DNA from: Octopus bimaculoides
Taxonomy: Eukaryota
NCBI RefSeq assembly: GCF_001194135.2
Contig: NC_068983.1
Location: 73,802,423-73,849,374, forward strand
DNA length: 46,952 nucleotides
Direction of reading: 5' to 3'
The stretch's first letter is position 1, and every line of letters starts with the position of its first letter. The notes beneath the pieces are model-generated. The model was not told where the DNA came from. It did no database searches and saw only the letters and a program-made list of their open reading frames with translations. A program made the position numbers and the translations under genes. This document shows, piece by piece, positions 23,891 through 36,519 of the stretch.

Positions 23891-24172
23891 ATTGTATCGG
23901 TCTCTTTTGCCGAACCGCTAACTTATGGGGACGTAAACACACCAGCATCGGTTGTCAAGCGATGTTGGGGAGGGGACAAACACAGACACACAAACATATA
24001 CACACACACACATATATGACGGGCTTCTTTCAGTTTCCGTCTACCAAATCCACTCACAAAGCTTTGGTCAGCCCGAGGCTATAGTAGAAGACACTTGCCC
24101 AAGGTGCCACACAGTGGGACTGAACCCGGAACCATGTGGTTGGTAAACAAGCTACTTACCACACAACCACAC
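23891..24172 (-). mobile_element. SINE family A (3' end in gap)
   Basis: High identity to other family A copies. Confidence 0.9.
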
Positions 24173-24669
24173 GTCTAAGTTACACTGTGGCACACCTAGC
24201 ACCATCTCATGACACACCAGTGTGCCATGGCATACTGGTTATAGAGCACTGCAGTAAAGTAGTAGGTTCATGTGTCTGTTAATATCAGATTTATATATTA
24301 TAAATGTAGACATGTGTGCTTGCAAACTGGCTTGTATTTATATTTGCCAGTGTGGAGAAAGTGGGTTCTCTCATGAAAATGATTGGATTCACTAATTGGG
24401 GTTTATTAGATCAATAACTCATGGTGTAAGTTGCTTTGCCAGTTGATTTAGAATCAAAGAAAATAAATTTCAGAGGAGACTTGTGTAAATATGATATGAT
24501 TATGCACCTCTACTACCTCTGTTAGTAATGAAGGGCCTCCCCCTCAAAGTGAAAGGCAGATTGTACGATGCCTGTGTATAAACAGCTATGCTACATGGCA
24601 GTAAGGATATGTGAAAACTTGAAAGAAATGAAACCAGTATGCTCCACTAGATGGGTAATGTCAGTGTGC

Positions 24670-24735
24670 ATATATGACAGAGTGTATATATGACAGAGTG
24701 TATATATGACAGAGTGTATATATGATAGAGTGTAT
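24670..24735. repeat. 16-bp tandem repeat x4
   Basis: ATATATGACAGAGTGT units. Confidence 0.9.
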
Positions 24736-24764
24736 GAGAGAAAAACTAAGTATACAAGTATACA

Positions 24765-25000
24765 AGGCAGCAAGCTGGCAGAAACGTTAGAATGCTGGGT
24801 GAAATGCTCAGTGGTATTTCTTCTGTCGATACGTTCTGAGTTCAAATTCCGCCGAGGTCGATTTTGCCTTTCATCCTTTCGGGGTCGATTAAATAAGTAC
24901 CAGTTACGCACTGGTGTCGATATAATCGATTTAATCCATTTGTCTGTCCTTGTTTGTCCCCTCTGTGTGTAGTCCCTTGAGGGCAGTAAAGAAATAAGAA
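24765..25000 (+). mobile_element. SINE family B, full length
   Basis: ggcagcaagctggcagaaacgttag (box A-like)..ctgagttcaaattcc (box B)..gtcgattttgcctttcatcctttcggggtcga..taaagaaataaga. Confidence 0.9.
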
Positions 25001-25021
25001 AAACTAGGTATACAAGGCATC

Positions 25022-25548
25022 AGATGTAGTGTGCAAGAGAGAACACTGCACTGGTGTGACCATGTAATGCATATGAATGAAGATAGTTGCATCAAGAGGT
25101 GCCAATCTCTAATTGTAGAGGGAACATTTGGAAGTGGTAGACCCAGGAAGATGTGGGATGAAGTAGTGAGAAAGTATTTACAGGCATTGGGACTGACAGC
25201 AGGGATGACAGGGGACCAAGACTCCTGGTAGTTTGCTGTGCTTGAAAAGACATGTCAAGTTAAGTAAAAGCATGCTGGCCTTGCGTACAGGCTCGTCTCC
25301 TGCAACACTCTCTAGCTGAGCATCCCTAATCTTGCAGGCTTGTAGGTGCTGGTGTCACATAAAAAGCACCTGTGCTGGTGCTGCAAAAAGCACCCAGTAC
25401 ACTCTCTAAAGTGGTTGGGGTTAGGAAGGGCATCCAGCTGTAGAAACCGTGCCAAAACAGACATGAAGCTCTTCAGCCAGTCAGCTCCTGTGAAACTGTC
25501 CAACCCATGCCAACATGGAAAACAGACGTTAAATGATGATGATGATGG
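25022..25548 (+). mobile_element. 5'-truncated RTE LINE (RT C-terminus, 3'UTR, GAT tail)
   Basis: QERTLHWCDHVMHMNEDSCIKRCQSLIVEGTFGSGRPRKMWDEVVRK; tail gacgttaaatgatgatgatgat. Confidence 0.88.
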
Positions 25549-25671
25549 TATGTACCGTCTGGCACATGGCTTTAAAATACAAAATTTGTTTCTTCTTTGA
25601 TTTTTTTTGTGCATAGATTTGAATGGCTCCATGAGTTACACATTTCCTAGTACCTACTGATTTCCTTTTTT

Positions 25672-26070
25672 TTTCTTTTACTCTTTTACTTGTTTCAGTC
25701 ATTTGACTGCGGCCATGCTGGAGCACCGCCTTTAGTCGAGCAAATTGACCCCAGGACTTATTCTTTGTAAGCCTAGTACTTATTCTATCGGTCTCTTTTG
25801 CCAAACTGATAAGTTACGGGGATGTAAACACACCAGCATCGGTTGTCAAGCGAAGTTGGGGGTAGAAACACAGACACAAACATTTACACACGCGTACATA
25901 TATATATACATATATATGACAGACTTCTTTCAGTTTCCGTCTACCAAATCCACTCACAAGGCTTTGGTCGGCCCGAGGCTATAGTAGAAGACACTTGCCC
26001 AAGGTGCCACGCAGTAGGACTGAACCCAGAACCATGTGGTTGGTAAGCAAGCTACTTATCACACAGCCAC
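25672..26070 (-). mobile_element. SINE family A, full length, low divergence
   Basis: Complete from the (CTTTTA)n tail to the cacacagccactc head. Confidence 0.92.
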
Positions 26071-27944
26071 TCGTGTTACTTATTCAAACATTTCTTCTCC
26101 AATTATGGCCATATGCAAAGCTGACACTGCCAACATACTTTGTCACATTCTGTGAAAATTGTTCAATATCTTTCTCAAGTCTCTCACAGGTTTTTCCAAA
26201 ATACCAAATTCTCTTGGTTCAACACAGTTATTTGTTACCTCAAACAACTTCAGTAACTTTTAGTTCAAATGTTGCTGTATACTTTTTTTTTCTCACAGAA
26301 CGATGTAGAATTTTAACACTTAAACTACCCAACTGTATTCTGTAAATGCTATGTAAGAAATAGGAATTAGCATCAGCTCTCCTGCCAAATGAGGCAGTGA
26401 CCTGACTTTGTCTTGACTTTTATATAGTCACCTTGATCACAGTAACTTGCTTTTCATCACTTATCTAACAACACTAGTTACACTGTTTCTACATCCACAG
26501 GCTGGAAGCTGACGAAGCATTGCATACTAGTAAATACCACCCATTCAGAGATATAGTAATTATAGTGAATTACATGGCTAAACACATTTGGTTTATATCT
26601 TATGTTAGTAAGAGTAGAGGGATTTAATTTGTATCACACTAATTATACTATAATAATTGTAGTTCTTTGATAATGAACTCGAGAAATCTGTAACCTAATG
26701 TTTGTGTGGACTGTACATCAGAACACACAATAATGTGGGAAAAATGAATTTTCTTACTGTAACATTTATACATAGGAGAATCCTCTGATTAGCAAATGTT
26801 GATCTTTTATCTGTGAAAAACATGAGCCAGCTTTTATATGGGACACATAAGGAATGCCTGGTTTTTTAGTGCTTACACAGGTTACCTTTTATGTGCAATT
26901 GACTTTTGAGTAAATGCAATACCAATCAAAGTGGTGGATTTTACTAAAACTCTTCAAAACTGAAATCAATAAAGAGAAAAGAATTGTCTTTTAATGTTTA
27001 TTAATGTAATTGCAGATTTGTGCTTCTAGGTTAAAGCTAAGTTTTCTAAGATATCATTCTGCTTTTAGATTTTTCTAATCAACCTTCTTCCTTGATCTTA
27101 TTGGAGCTACAAATTTAAATCAAAATTTGTTTTTGTTTGAATTTATCACTGATTAAAACTTCAGCAATATCCACTGAATTTCAATTGCTGTAAGCAGTTA
27201 GAATTGATGAAGCTGTGGACATTATAGTCTGAGTTCTTGAGCCAAAGGGAGTAGGGGTCTCTATATAGTTGTTTGATCTACAAAAATGGTAAGCAAATCA
27301 TCCTCAGACCACATTCTACTGTGTTAAATAAGCAAAAGACACATTGAATAATGTAGTCTGCCATATCACTGAAAAGAGGCTCATTTCAAGTATAATGCCT
27401 TTAATTAGAAGTTGACTTCATAAGGTTCAATGTGAGACTTAACAAGAAAAAGTAAAATAACAAAACCCTGAGTTCAAATCTTGCTGAGGTTAACTATGGT
27501 TTTTATCACCCTGGGCATAGATCAAGTACTAACAATACATTTATGGTCAGTCGTTATAATCAACTACATCCTTGTCCCTAAATGCTTAGACTTACACTAA
27601 TGTAAGAAACAATATTATTTCTTTCAGCACTGTCATGTTCTTCCCATATCGCACATTTCTGGCAATATCATCTAGCTATAAAATCTATTCAGGATATCCT
27701 TTAATTCTTCTTCTTCTTCTTCTTCTTCTTCTTCTTCTTCTTCTTCTTCTTCTTCTTCTCCTCCTCCTCCTCCTNNNNNNNNNNNNNNNNNNNNNNNNNN
27801 NNNNNNNNNNNNNNNNNNNNNNNNNNNNNNNNNNNNNNNNNNNNNNNNNNNNNNNNNNNNNNNNNNNNNNNNNNNNNNNNNNNNNNNNNNNNNNNNNNNN
27901 NNNNNNNNNNNNNNNNNNNNNNNNNNNNNNNNNNNNNNNCCCCC

Positions 27945-28725
27945 TACTATTGTTTAACGTCTGTTTTCCATGTTGGCACGGGCTGGATCTTTTGACATGG
28001 AACTGGCCAGCTGGGGAGCTGTCCAGGCTCCAATTGTATGTTGTGGCATGGTTTCTACAGCTAGATGCACTTCCTAATGCCAACCACTTTACAGAGTGTG
28101 CTGTGTGCTCTTTATGTGCCACCAGCATGGGTGTGTTTATGCAACACCAGCATGAGTGAGGTGGCACCGACACCTGCAAAAGACAAGCCTGTATGTATAG
28201 ATGACGGTGATTTTACTTAGCTTGATGTGTTTTATCAAGTGCAGCAAATCTCCACATCACCCAGCCCCTTTTTCATTTCCTTGGTGAGACCCAACATCCA
28301 AAGATCCTTTCTCACCACTTCATCCCATGTCTTTCTGGACCTACCCCATCCACAGGTCACCTCTACAATTAGAGCTTGGTACTTCTTTCTGCAACTGTCT
28401 TCATCCATACACATCACATGACCAAACCAGTGCAAGTCTTCTCTCTTGCATACAACATCTGATGCCTCTTATACCCAGTTTTCCTCTTAAATCATTTACA
28501 CTCTGTCATGTGTGGGCACACTGACATTACCCATCCAGTGGTGCATGCTTGCTTCGTTTCTTTCAAGCCTTCACAAGTCCTCTGTAGTCAAAGCCCATGT
28601 TTCACTGCCATGTAACATAGCTGTTCACACACAGGCATCATACAATCTGCCTTTCACTCTGAGGGAGAGGCCCTTAGTTACCAGGAAAGGTAGAAGCTCT
28701 CTGAATATGAAGTTATTTCAACTGT
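27945..28725 (-). mobile_element. 5'-truncated RTE LINE
   Basis: HWFGHVMCMDEDSCRKKYQALIVEVTCGWGRSRKTWDEVVRKDL (28235-28435) plus 3'UTR. Confidence 0.88.
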
Positions 28726-28744
28726 CTTGAATTATCAGTCATCT

Positions 28745-28962
28745 TCATTCTTTTCTACTCTAGGCACAAAGCCCGAAATTTTGGGGGAGGGGTCCAGTCA
28801 ATTGATCAGCCCCAGTACACAACTGGTACTTAATTTATCAGCCCCAAAAGGATGAAAGGCAAAGTCGACCTTGATGGAATTTGAACTCAGAACATAAAGG
28901 TAGATGAAATACCGCTAAGTATTTTGCCCGGTGTGCTAATGTTTCTACCAGTTCACTGCCTT
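28745..28962 (-). mobile_element. SINE family B
   Basis: aactggtacttaatttatc..aaaggatgaaaggcaaagtcgacc..ggaatttgaactcagaac. Confidence 0.85.
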
Positions 28963-29612
28963 ATCAGTCATCTTCATTGAACTGACAAGAGAGCCTCTAT
29001 GTGGTCACTAAACCTGCTAGAAACAGAAACTCTTCCTCAAATCATACCCTACCATCTGAAATAAGGAAAAACACATTAGTTATTCTAGTTCTAGATCTCC
29101 CCCTAAACATAGTGTGGTCTTCACTGGAACACTTTTGATCTTAGATCTGCTCAATTAGTGTTGACCTGGGGTTAAACAACACCCACCGGTTATAATTGTC
29201 ATCGTTATCATCATTCTCATTGCTATAAGATGATGATAACGATAGCCATTAGTTTTGAACATCCATTTTTCCTGTCATTTGTTATGATCCTTTGTCATCT
29301 TATCTGTGATCATATCATCTCATCCTGAAATCTTATCATCTCTTTTTCTTCCTCAGTTCTGCAGCATTTATTACACCTGCATTCATCTCCCATCTTAATC
29401 ACACATCCACCCCATTGCTGTAATCTCTTTTGCATAAATTACTTGATGTTTTTAATGCTCAATCAGCTTCTCGTGTGACTTGTGCTCCACCTTCAGCTCT
29501 TGTGGAAGTTACCGTATCTTTCCCAACCCTGACAGATATTCTACACTGAGTGTTCCCAAGGGGGTTGCAACCATGTGGTTGAGAAGTAAACTTCTTACTA
29601 CACTGCCACACC

Positions 29613-29644
<32 letters not shown>

Positions 29645-29914
29645 NNNNNNNNNNNNNNNNNNNNNNNNNNNNNNNNNNNNNNNNNNNNNNNNNNNNNNNN
29701 NNNNNNNNNNNNNNNNNNNNNNNNNNNNNNNNNNNNNNNNNNNNNNNNNNNNNNNNNNNNNNNNNNNNNNNNNNNNNNNNNNNNNNNNNNNNNNNNNNNN
29801 NNNNNNNNNNNNNNNNNNNNNNNNNNNNNNNNNNNNNNNNNNNNNNNNNNNNNNNNNNNNNNNNNNNNNNNNNNNNNNNNNNNNNNNNNNNNNNNNNNNN
29901 NNNNNNNNNNNNNN

Positions 29915-30227
29915 CTAGTACTTATTCTATCGGTCTCTTTTGCCAAACCGCTAAGTGACAGGGACATAAACACACCAGAATCGGTTGTCAAGCAATGCTA
30001 GGGGGGACAAACACAGATACACAAATACATACACATATGTATATATATATATATATATATATACGACGGGCTTCTTTCAGTTTCCGTCTACCAAATCCAC
30101 TCACAAGGCTTTGGTCAGCCCGAGGCTATAGTAGAAGACACTTGCCCAAGGTGCCACGCAGTGGGACAGAACATGGCACCATATGGTTGGTTAGCAAGCT
30201 ACTTACAACACAGCCACTCCTGCGCCT
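29915..30227 (-). mobile_element. SINE family A
   Basis: Near-consensus copy ending cacagccactcctgcgcct. Confidence 0.9.
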
Positions 30228-30854
30228 AAATATATAACTGAATGTGAATGATGCAGTCATACATGCATTATATTGTCTACAATAAATAAAACATTGAGAT
30301 GATCATAAATGGAATGCCTTTTATCAGAGAGCTATTCTGTTAGAGCTCACCTGCAGGTTAAGTTACTAAGTTACTACTACTACTGCTGCTGCTGTAGTTA
30401 CTGCTAGTGCTGCCATTGCTCCCAACCACCATGACCACCACCACCACCACCACCGTTTGTTATGTTTACACATGGAAAGTGTTCCAATTCAGAGAACTAG
30501 ATTTATGTCCATGCTAGCATCAAAATATGAATAAACAAAATGAATGCCACATCACGAAATGGTCAAGAAAGAAAATTCCTATCCTTTATCTTATACCTCT
30601 ATGCTGCTGTGGTTTGTTGTTAGCATGTCAACTTGTCAGAATGTCACAACTTCTTCAGCTTGACCAACTTCTGTTCAAACAGTTACAGCATCTGTATTTT
30701 TTTCTTTTTTAAATATGAGATCAATCTATTGTAGATAGATAGATAGATAGATAGATAGGCAGACAGATAGACAGACAAATAGATAGATAGATAGTCAGAC
30801 AGAAAGATGGGTATATATATATATATATATACCAGTCGCCATGATAGATCGCTG

Positions 30855-31035
30855 ACCACAACATTCAATTTTTTCTCTCCGTGTTTTTCTCCTTGTTTTT
30901 CTCCTTATTCTTTCTGTTGAAGAGCATAGCTCGAAACGTTAAAGACTTTCTCTATTCCCGAGTGTTAAACTAATACATCCTTTTGTTGTTTTCACCACCT
31001 GTCCTCGTCTGTTGTTTTTTTCATAAATTCTCCCA
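30855..31035 (+). mobile_element. Short dispersed repeat (family H2) carrying a hammerhead-like motif; other copies at about 19640-19815 and 37195-37335
   Basis: Shared sequence ttctttctgt(t/c/g)gaagagc.tag.ctcgaaacgt.aaagactttctc..gttaaactaatacat..ttgttg..caccac.tgtc.tcgtc in three places, each next to (TA)n or (TACA)n. Confidence 0.75.
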
Positions 31036-31070
<35 letters not shown>

Positions 31071-31071
<1 letters not shown>

Positions 31072-31319
31072 AAATATTCTATAATTATATACATAATTAT
31101 AATCAGGGGTCAGCTAATTGCTTCGCCACAAATGCGTCTGTGATTAATTGAAGTCATGTGGATTCATCATTTTTCTTTTTGCCTACATAAAAAAGTGTGT
31201 TATTGTCTCGGAGATACTTATGGTAGTTGAAATGACAGCATCTATTTCTAATTTTGGTATGTGGCGAAGCAATTAGCTGACCCCTGATTATAATTATGCA
31301 TATTATTATAGAATATTTT
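31071..31319. mobile_element. MITE with about 60-bp terminal inverted repeats, inserted at a (TA)n tract
   Basis: aaaatattctataat..ataattataatcaggggtcagctaattgcttcgccaca (31071-31130) versus tgtggcgaagcaattagctgacccctgattataattat..attatagaatatttt (31260-31319). Confidence 0.85.
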
Positions 31320-31403
31320 GTATAATTCACTGACTACTTGGTAGAATTATTAATTATTAATAAATTTATTGATTGATTAATTAATCAATTAATTAATCTT
31401 ATC

Positions 31404-31441
<38 letters not shown>

Positions 31442-31749
31442 CATAGTCAATCCAAACAAGAACAAGCAAGAAAAAACAACGCGAGGACATGGAACAAGTA
31501 CTGTGTTATTGGATGCTCAGGAAAGGAAAGAAAAGAAAGAGGATTTCACGTTTCAAGCAGAGCTCTTCAGCAGAAATATAGAAAAAGTCCAAAGAAGGGT
31601 AGACAGAGAAAGAAAATCGCCAACGAGACATACGCGGTCACATATTGAAATGACCGGAAGGGAATGGGTAAAGAAAAAAGTTCTTTCTAAGACAGGAGAG
31701 TGCAAGGGAAGGGGGTATATCCTTTAATTCTTTCATATTTATATATATA

Positions 31750-31789
<40 letters not shown>

Positions 31790-32793
31790 CTTACGTGTGG
31801 GGATGTGCATGTGCGCAAGTCTGTGTGTGTGTGTGTAATGATAGCACGTGTATGTGCATATGTATATGTGTGTATGTGTGGTTGTGGTTGTGGCTGTTTA
31901 TGTATGTGTGTGGTTGGACTTAGTGTTGCTTAAGGTTGTAGGAAGAATTTATAGTAAGAATTTTGGTAGGACTGGCTGTCTGTTGTGTGTCTCCCTTCAC
32001 ACGTGCAACAGTCATACTTTTTTGAATGCCCATTACTCCAATAATTCTACATTTTTACTGTTACACTTTTTCCATGACAGTAGACAATTTTTTTATTCCA
32101 CAACGTATATTTAGTGGCTTCATGCTGGCATAAGGAGGATTTGATTGCCAAACTTCACATAACACCTCAACAATGCTTTTCTCGTGGTAAAACAATAGTT
32201 TTTTTGTGAATAACAGCAGTTATAGATTCCCTAGATGCCTTTGCTAAGCAGAATAATGTCTTTGCCACTTGACCCTTCTAACCTCTTCTAGGCCACCAGG
32301 GGCTGGAATGGAGATAACAGACCTCCAACAAAATCATTTGTTCTCAACAATATGTCTATCCTTCTGACTGCTTTTTGATAGTTATAAAAACAAGAACTCT
32401 GTAAGCTAAAGGCAGTTATTGAGAGCGACCATCAGTCAGGGTGAACATTATTATTGCACTTTCTTCCCTTCATTCTTAAACATTAACCACTTCCTTCATA
32501 TATTTATATACATCTATACTACATTTATTACTTTTAATAAATTAGCCTTCATAAAGTTCACCTTTAAAATGCCACGATGAGTCAGAGTACTTTCTTGCCA
32601 ACCTCCGGAAACCTCTCTCGCCAACCTCCATCAATCTCTCCCTTCTCCAACTTACAGTTTTTTGTACTTTTTCGCAACAGATAATACACCTTTTTGTGGC
32701 AGTTATAATGAAATTGCTTTCTTATATCAGAGTAATAAGGCGTTTCAATAGAACATCTTTACCCCCGGGAATTACCAGGTACACTAGCTAGTG

Positions 32794-32825
<32 letters not shown>

Positions 32826-33180
32826 TATAGGTGCACACACACACACACACACACACATACACACACACACAGAGATTGAAGTGGCTTAAAGATTATATAA
32901 ATTAAGACTACCGCCTTCTTCTTCATATATATGTGTGTGCATGTGTGGAGAGAAAGAGTTAGAGGTAGTGAGATAGAGGTAGGGTAGTTAAATAGAAAGA
33001 TAGAGGTAGAGAGAAGGTAGTGAGAGAGAGAGAGAGAGGGAGAGAGAGAATGCGAGGGAGGGAGAGAGAGAATGAGAGGGAGGGAGAGAGAGAATGAGAG
33101 GGAGAGGGAGATAAAGCATGGGATAGATATTCTGAAGTGTAAGTAAAAACAGATGGTTAGAAAAAGACATATATAATAAT

Positions 33181-33266
<86 letters not shown>

Positions 33267-33930
33267 GAGAGAGAGAGATAAGAGATGAGAAAGATGTGGG
33301 TGGATGGGTGGTGGTGATTTCAATTCAATTTGCAAACGAATAGAAATCCACTGAAGATGTTTTATCAGAAATCAATTGATGTCTTAGATTTCTTTTGGAA
33401 GTAAAACAAATTCCTTATTGAGAATTCCACATCTCTAAAATCGTCCATTTACTGCAAATAAAGTGAGCCAATGAGGGTGCCACTATGTGGTCACTAGACC
33501 CGTTAGAAACAGCAGCCAAACCTCCCTAAAATCACAATCTATCAATCTTAAAATGGAAAGGACAATAACATAGTTATAATGTGGTCCTGGACGGTCTACA
33601 ACCAGGCTTAAGATGGGATGGTCATGTTTAGAATGCCTTTAATCATAGATTTGTTCTATCAGAACTTAAATTAACTAGGGCTATAAACAACAACAGAAAT
33701 GACTATGTATAATAATTGTTACTAACATAGATTCAAGACCAGAAAATTGGAGAAGGGAATGGTTAATTACATTGATCACTTAGACTTAATTAGTAATTTA
33801 TTCTATTGACCCCGAAAGGATGAATGGCAAGTGTGACCTTGGTGAGATTTGAACTCAGAACATAAAGAGCCAGAAAAAATATCAAAAGAGAGTCACTATT
33901 GTTAGCTCTTATGATATTGTTATTGATATA

Positions 33931-34370
33931 TAGGCGAAGGAGTGGCTGTGTGGTAAGTAGTTTGCTTACCAACCACATGGTTCCGAGTTCGGTCCCACTG
34001 CGTGGCACCTTGGGCAAGTGTCTTCTACTATAGCTTCGGGCCAACCAAAGCCTTGTGAGTTGATTTGGTAGATGGAAACTGAAAGAAGCCCGTCGTATAT
34101 ATATATGTGTGTATATATATGTGTGTGTATATATGTGTGTGTGTGCGTTTGTGTGTCTGTGTTTGTCCCTCCCCAACATTGCTTGACAACCGATGGTGGT
34201 GTGTTTACGTCCCCGTAACTTAGCGGTTCGGCAAGAGAGACCGATAGAATAAGTACTAGGCTTACAAAGAATAAGTCCTGGGGTCGATTTGCTCGACTAA
34301 AGGCAGTGCTCCAGCATGGCCGCAGTTAAATGACTGAAACAAGTAAAAGAGTAAAAGAGAGTAAAGAGTA
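33931..34370 (+). mobile_element. SINE family A, full length (best copy)
   Basis: taggcgaaggagtggctgtgtggtaag (box A)..ggttccgagttcggtccc (box B)..caccttgggcaagtgtctt (CORE-like)..(GTAAAAGA)n tail. May correspond to the octopus OR-type CORE-SINEs; not verified. Confidence 0.92.
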
Positions 34371-34384
34371 TATTGCTGAAGTTG

Positions 34385-34605
34385 TAGGCAGTGAGGTGGC
34401 AGAATTGTTAGCATGCCGGGCAAAAATGCTTAGTGGCATTTCGTCCATCTTTATGTTGTGAGTTCAAATTTTGCCGAGGTTGACTTTGCCTGTCATCCTT
34501 TTGGAGTCGATAAATTAAGTACCAGTGAAACACTGGAGTCGATGTTATCGACTAGTCCTCTCACCACAAATTCGAGTCCTTGTGCCTCCAGTAGAAAGGA
34601 TATTG
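34385..34605 (+). mobile_element. SINE family B
   Basis: ggcagtgaggtggcagaattgttagc..gagttcaaattttgccgaggttgactttgcc..taagtaccag. Confidence 0.85.
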
Positions 34606-34895
34606 CAGTGTTGTAGTTGTAGTGGTAGTGATTGTAGTAGTAGTAGTAGNNNNNNNNNNNNNNNNNNNNNNNNNNNNNNNNNNNNNNNNNNNNNNNNNNN
34701 NNNNNNNNNNNNNNNNNNNNNNNNNNNNNNNNNNNNNNNNNNNNNNNNNNNNNNNNNNNNNNNNNNNNNNNNNNNNNNNNNNNNNNNNNNNNNNNNNNNN
34801 NNNNNNNNNNNNNNNNNNNNNNNNNNNNNNNNNNNNNNNNNNNNNNNNNNNNNNNNNNNNNNNNNNNNNNNNNNNNNNNNNNNNNNNNNNNNGTG

Positions 34896-34926
<31 letters not shown>

Positions 34927-35022
34927 AAGTAGTAGTTGTAGTAGTAGAAGCAGCAGCAGCGGCAATAGTAGTAGCTATAACAGCAGCAAAAGTAGCAGCT
35001 ATAGTAATGATAGTAGTAGTAT

Positions 35023-35058
<36 letters not shown>

Positions 35059-36519
35059 AAGATGTTTAATCTCTGTGCTCTACCACTTGTATTAGATATT
35101 GTTGCTGCTGCAGCTGCAATTGTTGTTGTTGTGGTTGCAATTGTTGTTGTTGTGGCTGCAATTGTTGTTGTTGTTGTTGTTGTCGTGGCCATCACCTACG
35201 CATCTCCAATTGACGCTGAATGTTGCAGTCCAAGTTGAAGTGACGGCAGATCAACTTCAACTTGAAACATCTCGAAATTCAAAACTTCTGTGGAAAACTT
35301 GGTCATGAAAAACGGCATCTCCTGGCAAATTTGATATTTGGTAGAGTAATTTGCATTTCCATTTAGAATATGGTTCACTCATCGAAAATCTCTTCTCTCT
35401 TGGAACAGAGATGTCTTTGATGTCTTTATCACCATGCCAATGTATATTTCCTGCTCCTTGTTCTTGTTGTTTGTTGTTGACGTTTCATTTGCTATTATCT
35501 TCACAGAACAGAACAGAGAGATATGAATTTATAGATAGATACTCTATTGCACTCTTTTGGTCCCTTTTGTTTTTGTTTTTCTTTTTAAGGGACAAAAACA
35601 TGATTGCTTCTATTTATTTATTTATTTATTTATATATGTATGTTAATGTTTGTTTATTTTTTTAATTATTTCTTTGTGTTATTTTTTTAATATTTCTTCT
35701 CTAGTTTTCTCTGTCTTTCTTTTACTTTTCTGTCATAACTAAAAAAACAACAGCACAAAACAACTATTTCTTCCCCTGCTACCCACCCCTATCTGCCACA
35801 CCCCATAAACTCTGAAACTCTGAGATTCAGTAACTACTGTGCTTTCGAGTAATGATAATCAAAGTGAGTGTCCTGTTCCTTTCTACCAGTTGAATTTCAA
35901 TTTCAATACTCTGAATAATGATCATATAGCTCTGAGGAATAAAATGAATAAATGGAAACTAGTTGTAGTAGTGATCATGGTGGTGGTGGTGGTGGTGGTG
36001 GTGGTAGCCGTGGTGGTAGCCNNNNNNNNNNNNNNNNNNNNNNNNNNNNNNNNNNNNNNNNNNNNNNNNNNNNNNNNNNNNNNNNNNNNNNNNNNNNNNN
36101 NNNNNNNNNNNNNNNNNNNNNNNNNNNNNNNNNNNNNNNNNNNNNNNNNNNNNNNNNNNNNNNNNNNNNNNNNNNNNNNNNNNNNNNNNNNNNNNNNNNN
36201 NNNNNNNNNNNNNNNNNNNNNNNNNNNNNNNNNNNNNNNNNNNNNNNNNNNNNNNNNNNNNNNNNNNNNNNNNNNNNNNNNNNNNNNNNNNNNNNNNNNN
36301 NNNNNNNNNNNNNNNNNNNNNNNNNNNNNNNNNNNNNNNNNNNNNNNNNNNNNNNNNNNNNNGTGGTGGTAGTAGATAATCTTTCCTACTAAAGGCACAA
36401 TGCCTGAAATTTTGGGGGAGGGGTTAAGTCGATTACATGCAAACACACAAATACAAGTACACTCCTACACTCATGCACACACATCTACATATACATGCAC
36501 ATGCAAACACACACACAAA

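Noticed and set aside
29270-29550. Possible RT N-terminal remnant on the minus strand
   Set aside because: Multiple stops in all frames and only vague motif similarity
32681-32778. Candidate FLVCR first coding exon (ATG at 32708, MKLLSYIRVIRRFNRTSLPPGIT, CAG|GTACAC)
   Set aside because: Donor is phase 2 whereas the 37660 exon needs phase 1; no homology support
35351-35445. Candidate upstream exon on the + strand (MSLMSLSPCQ)
   Set aside because: Only a very weak donor (CAAT|GTATAT) gives the right phase
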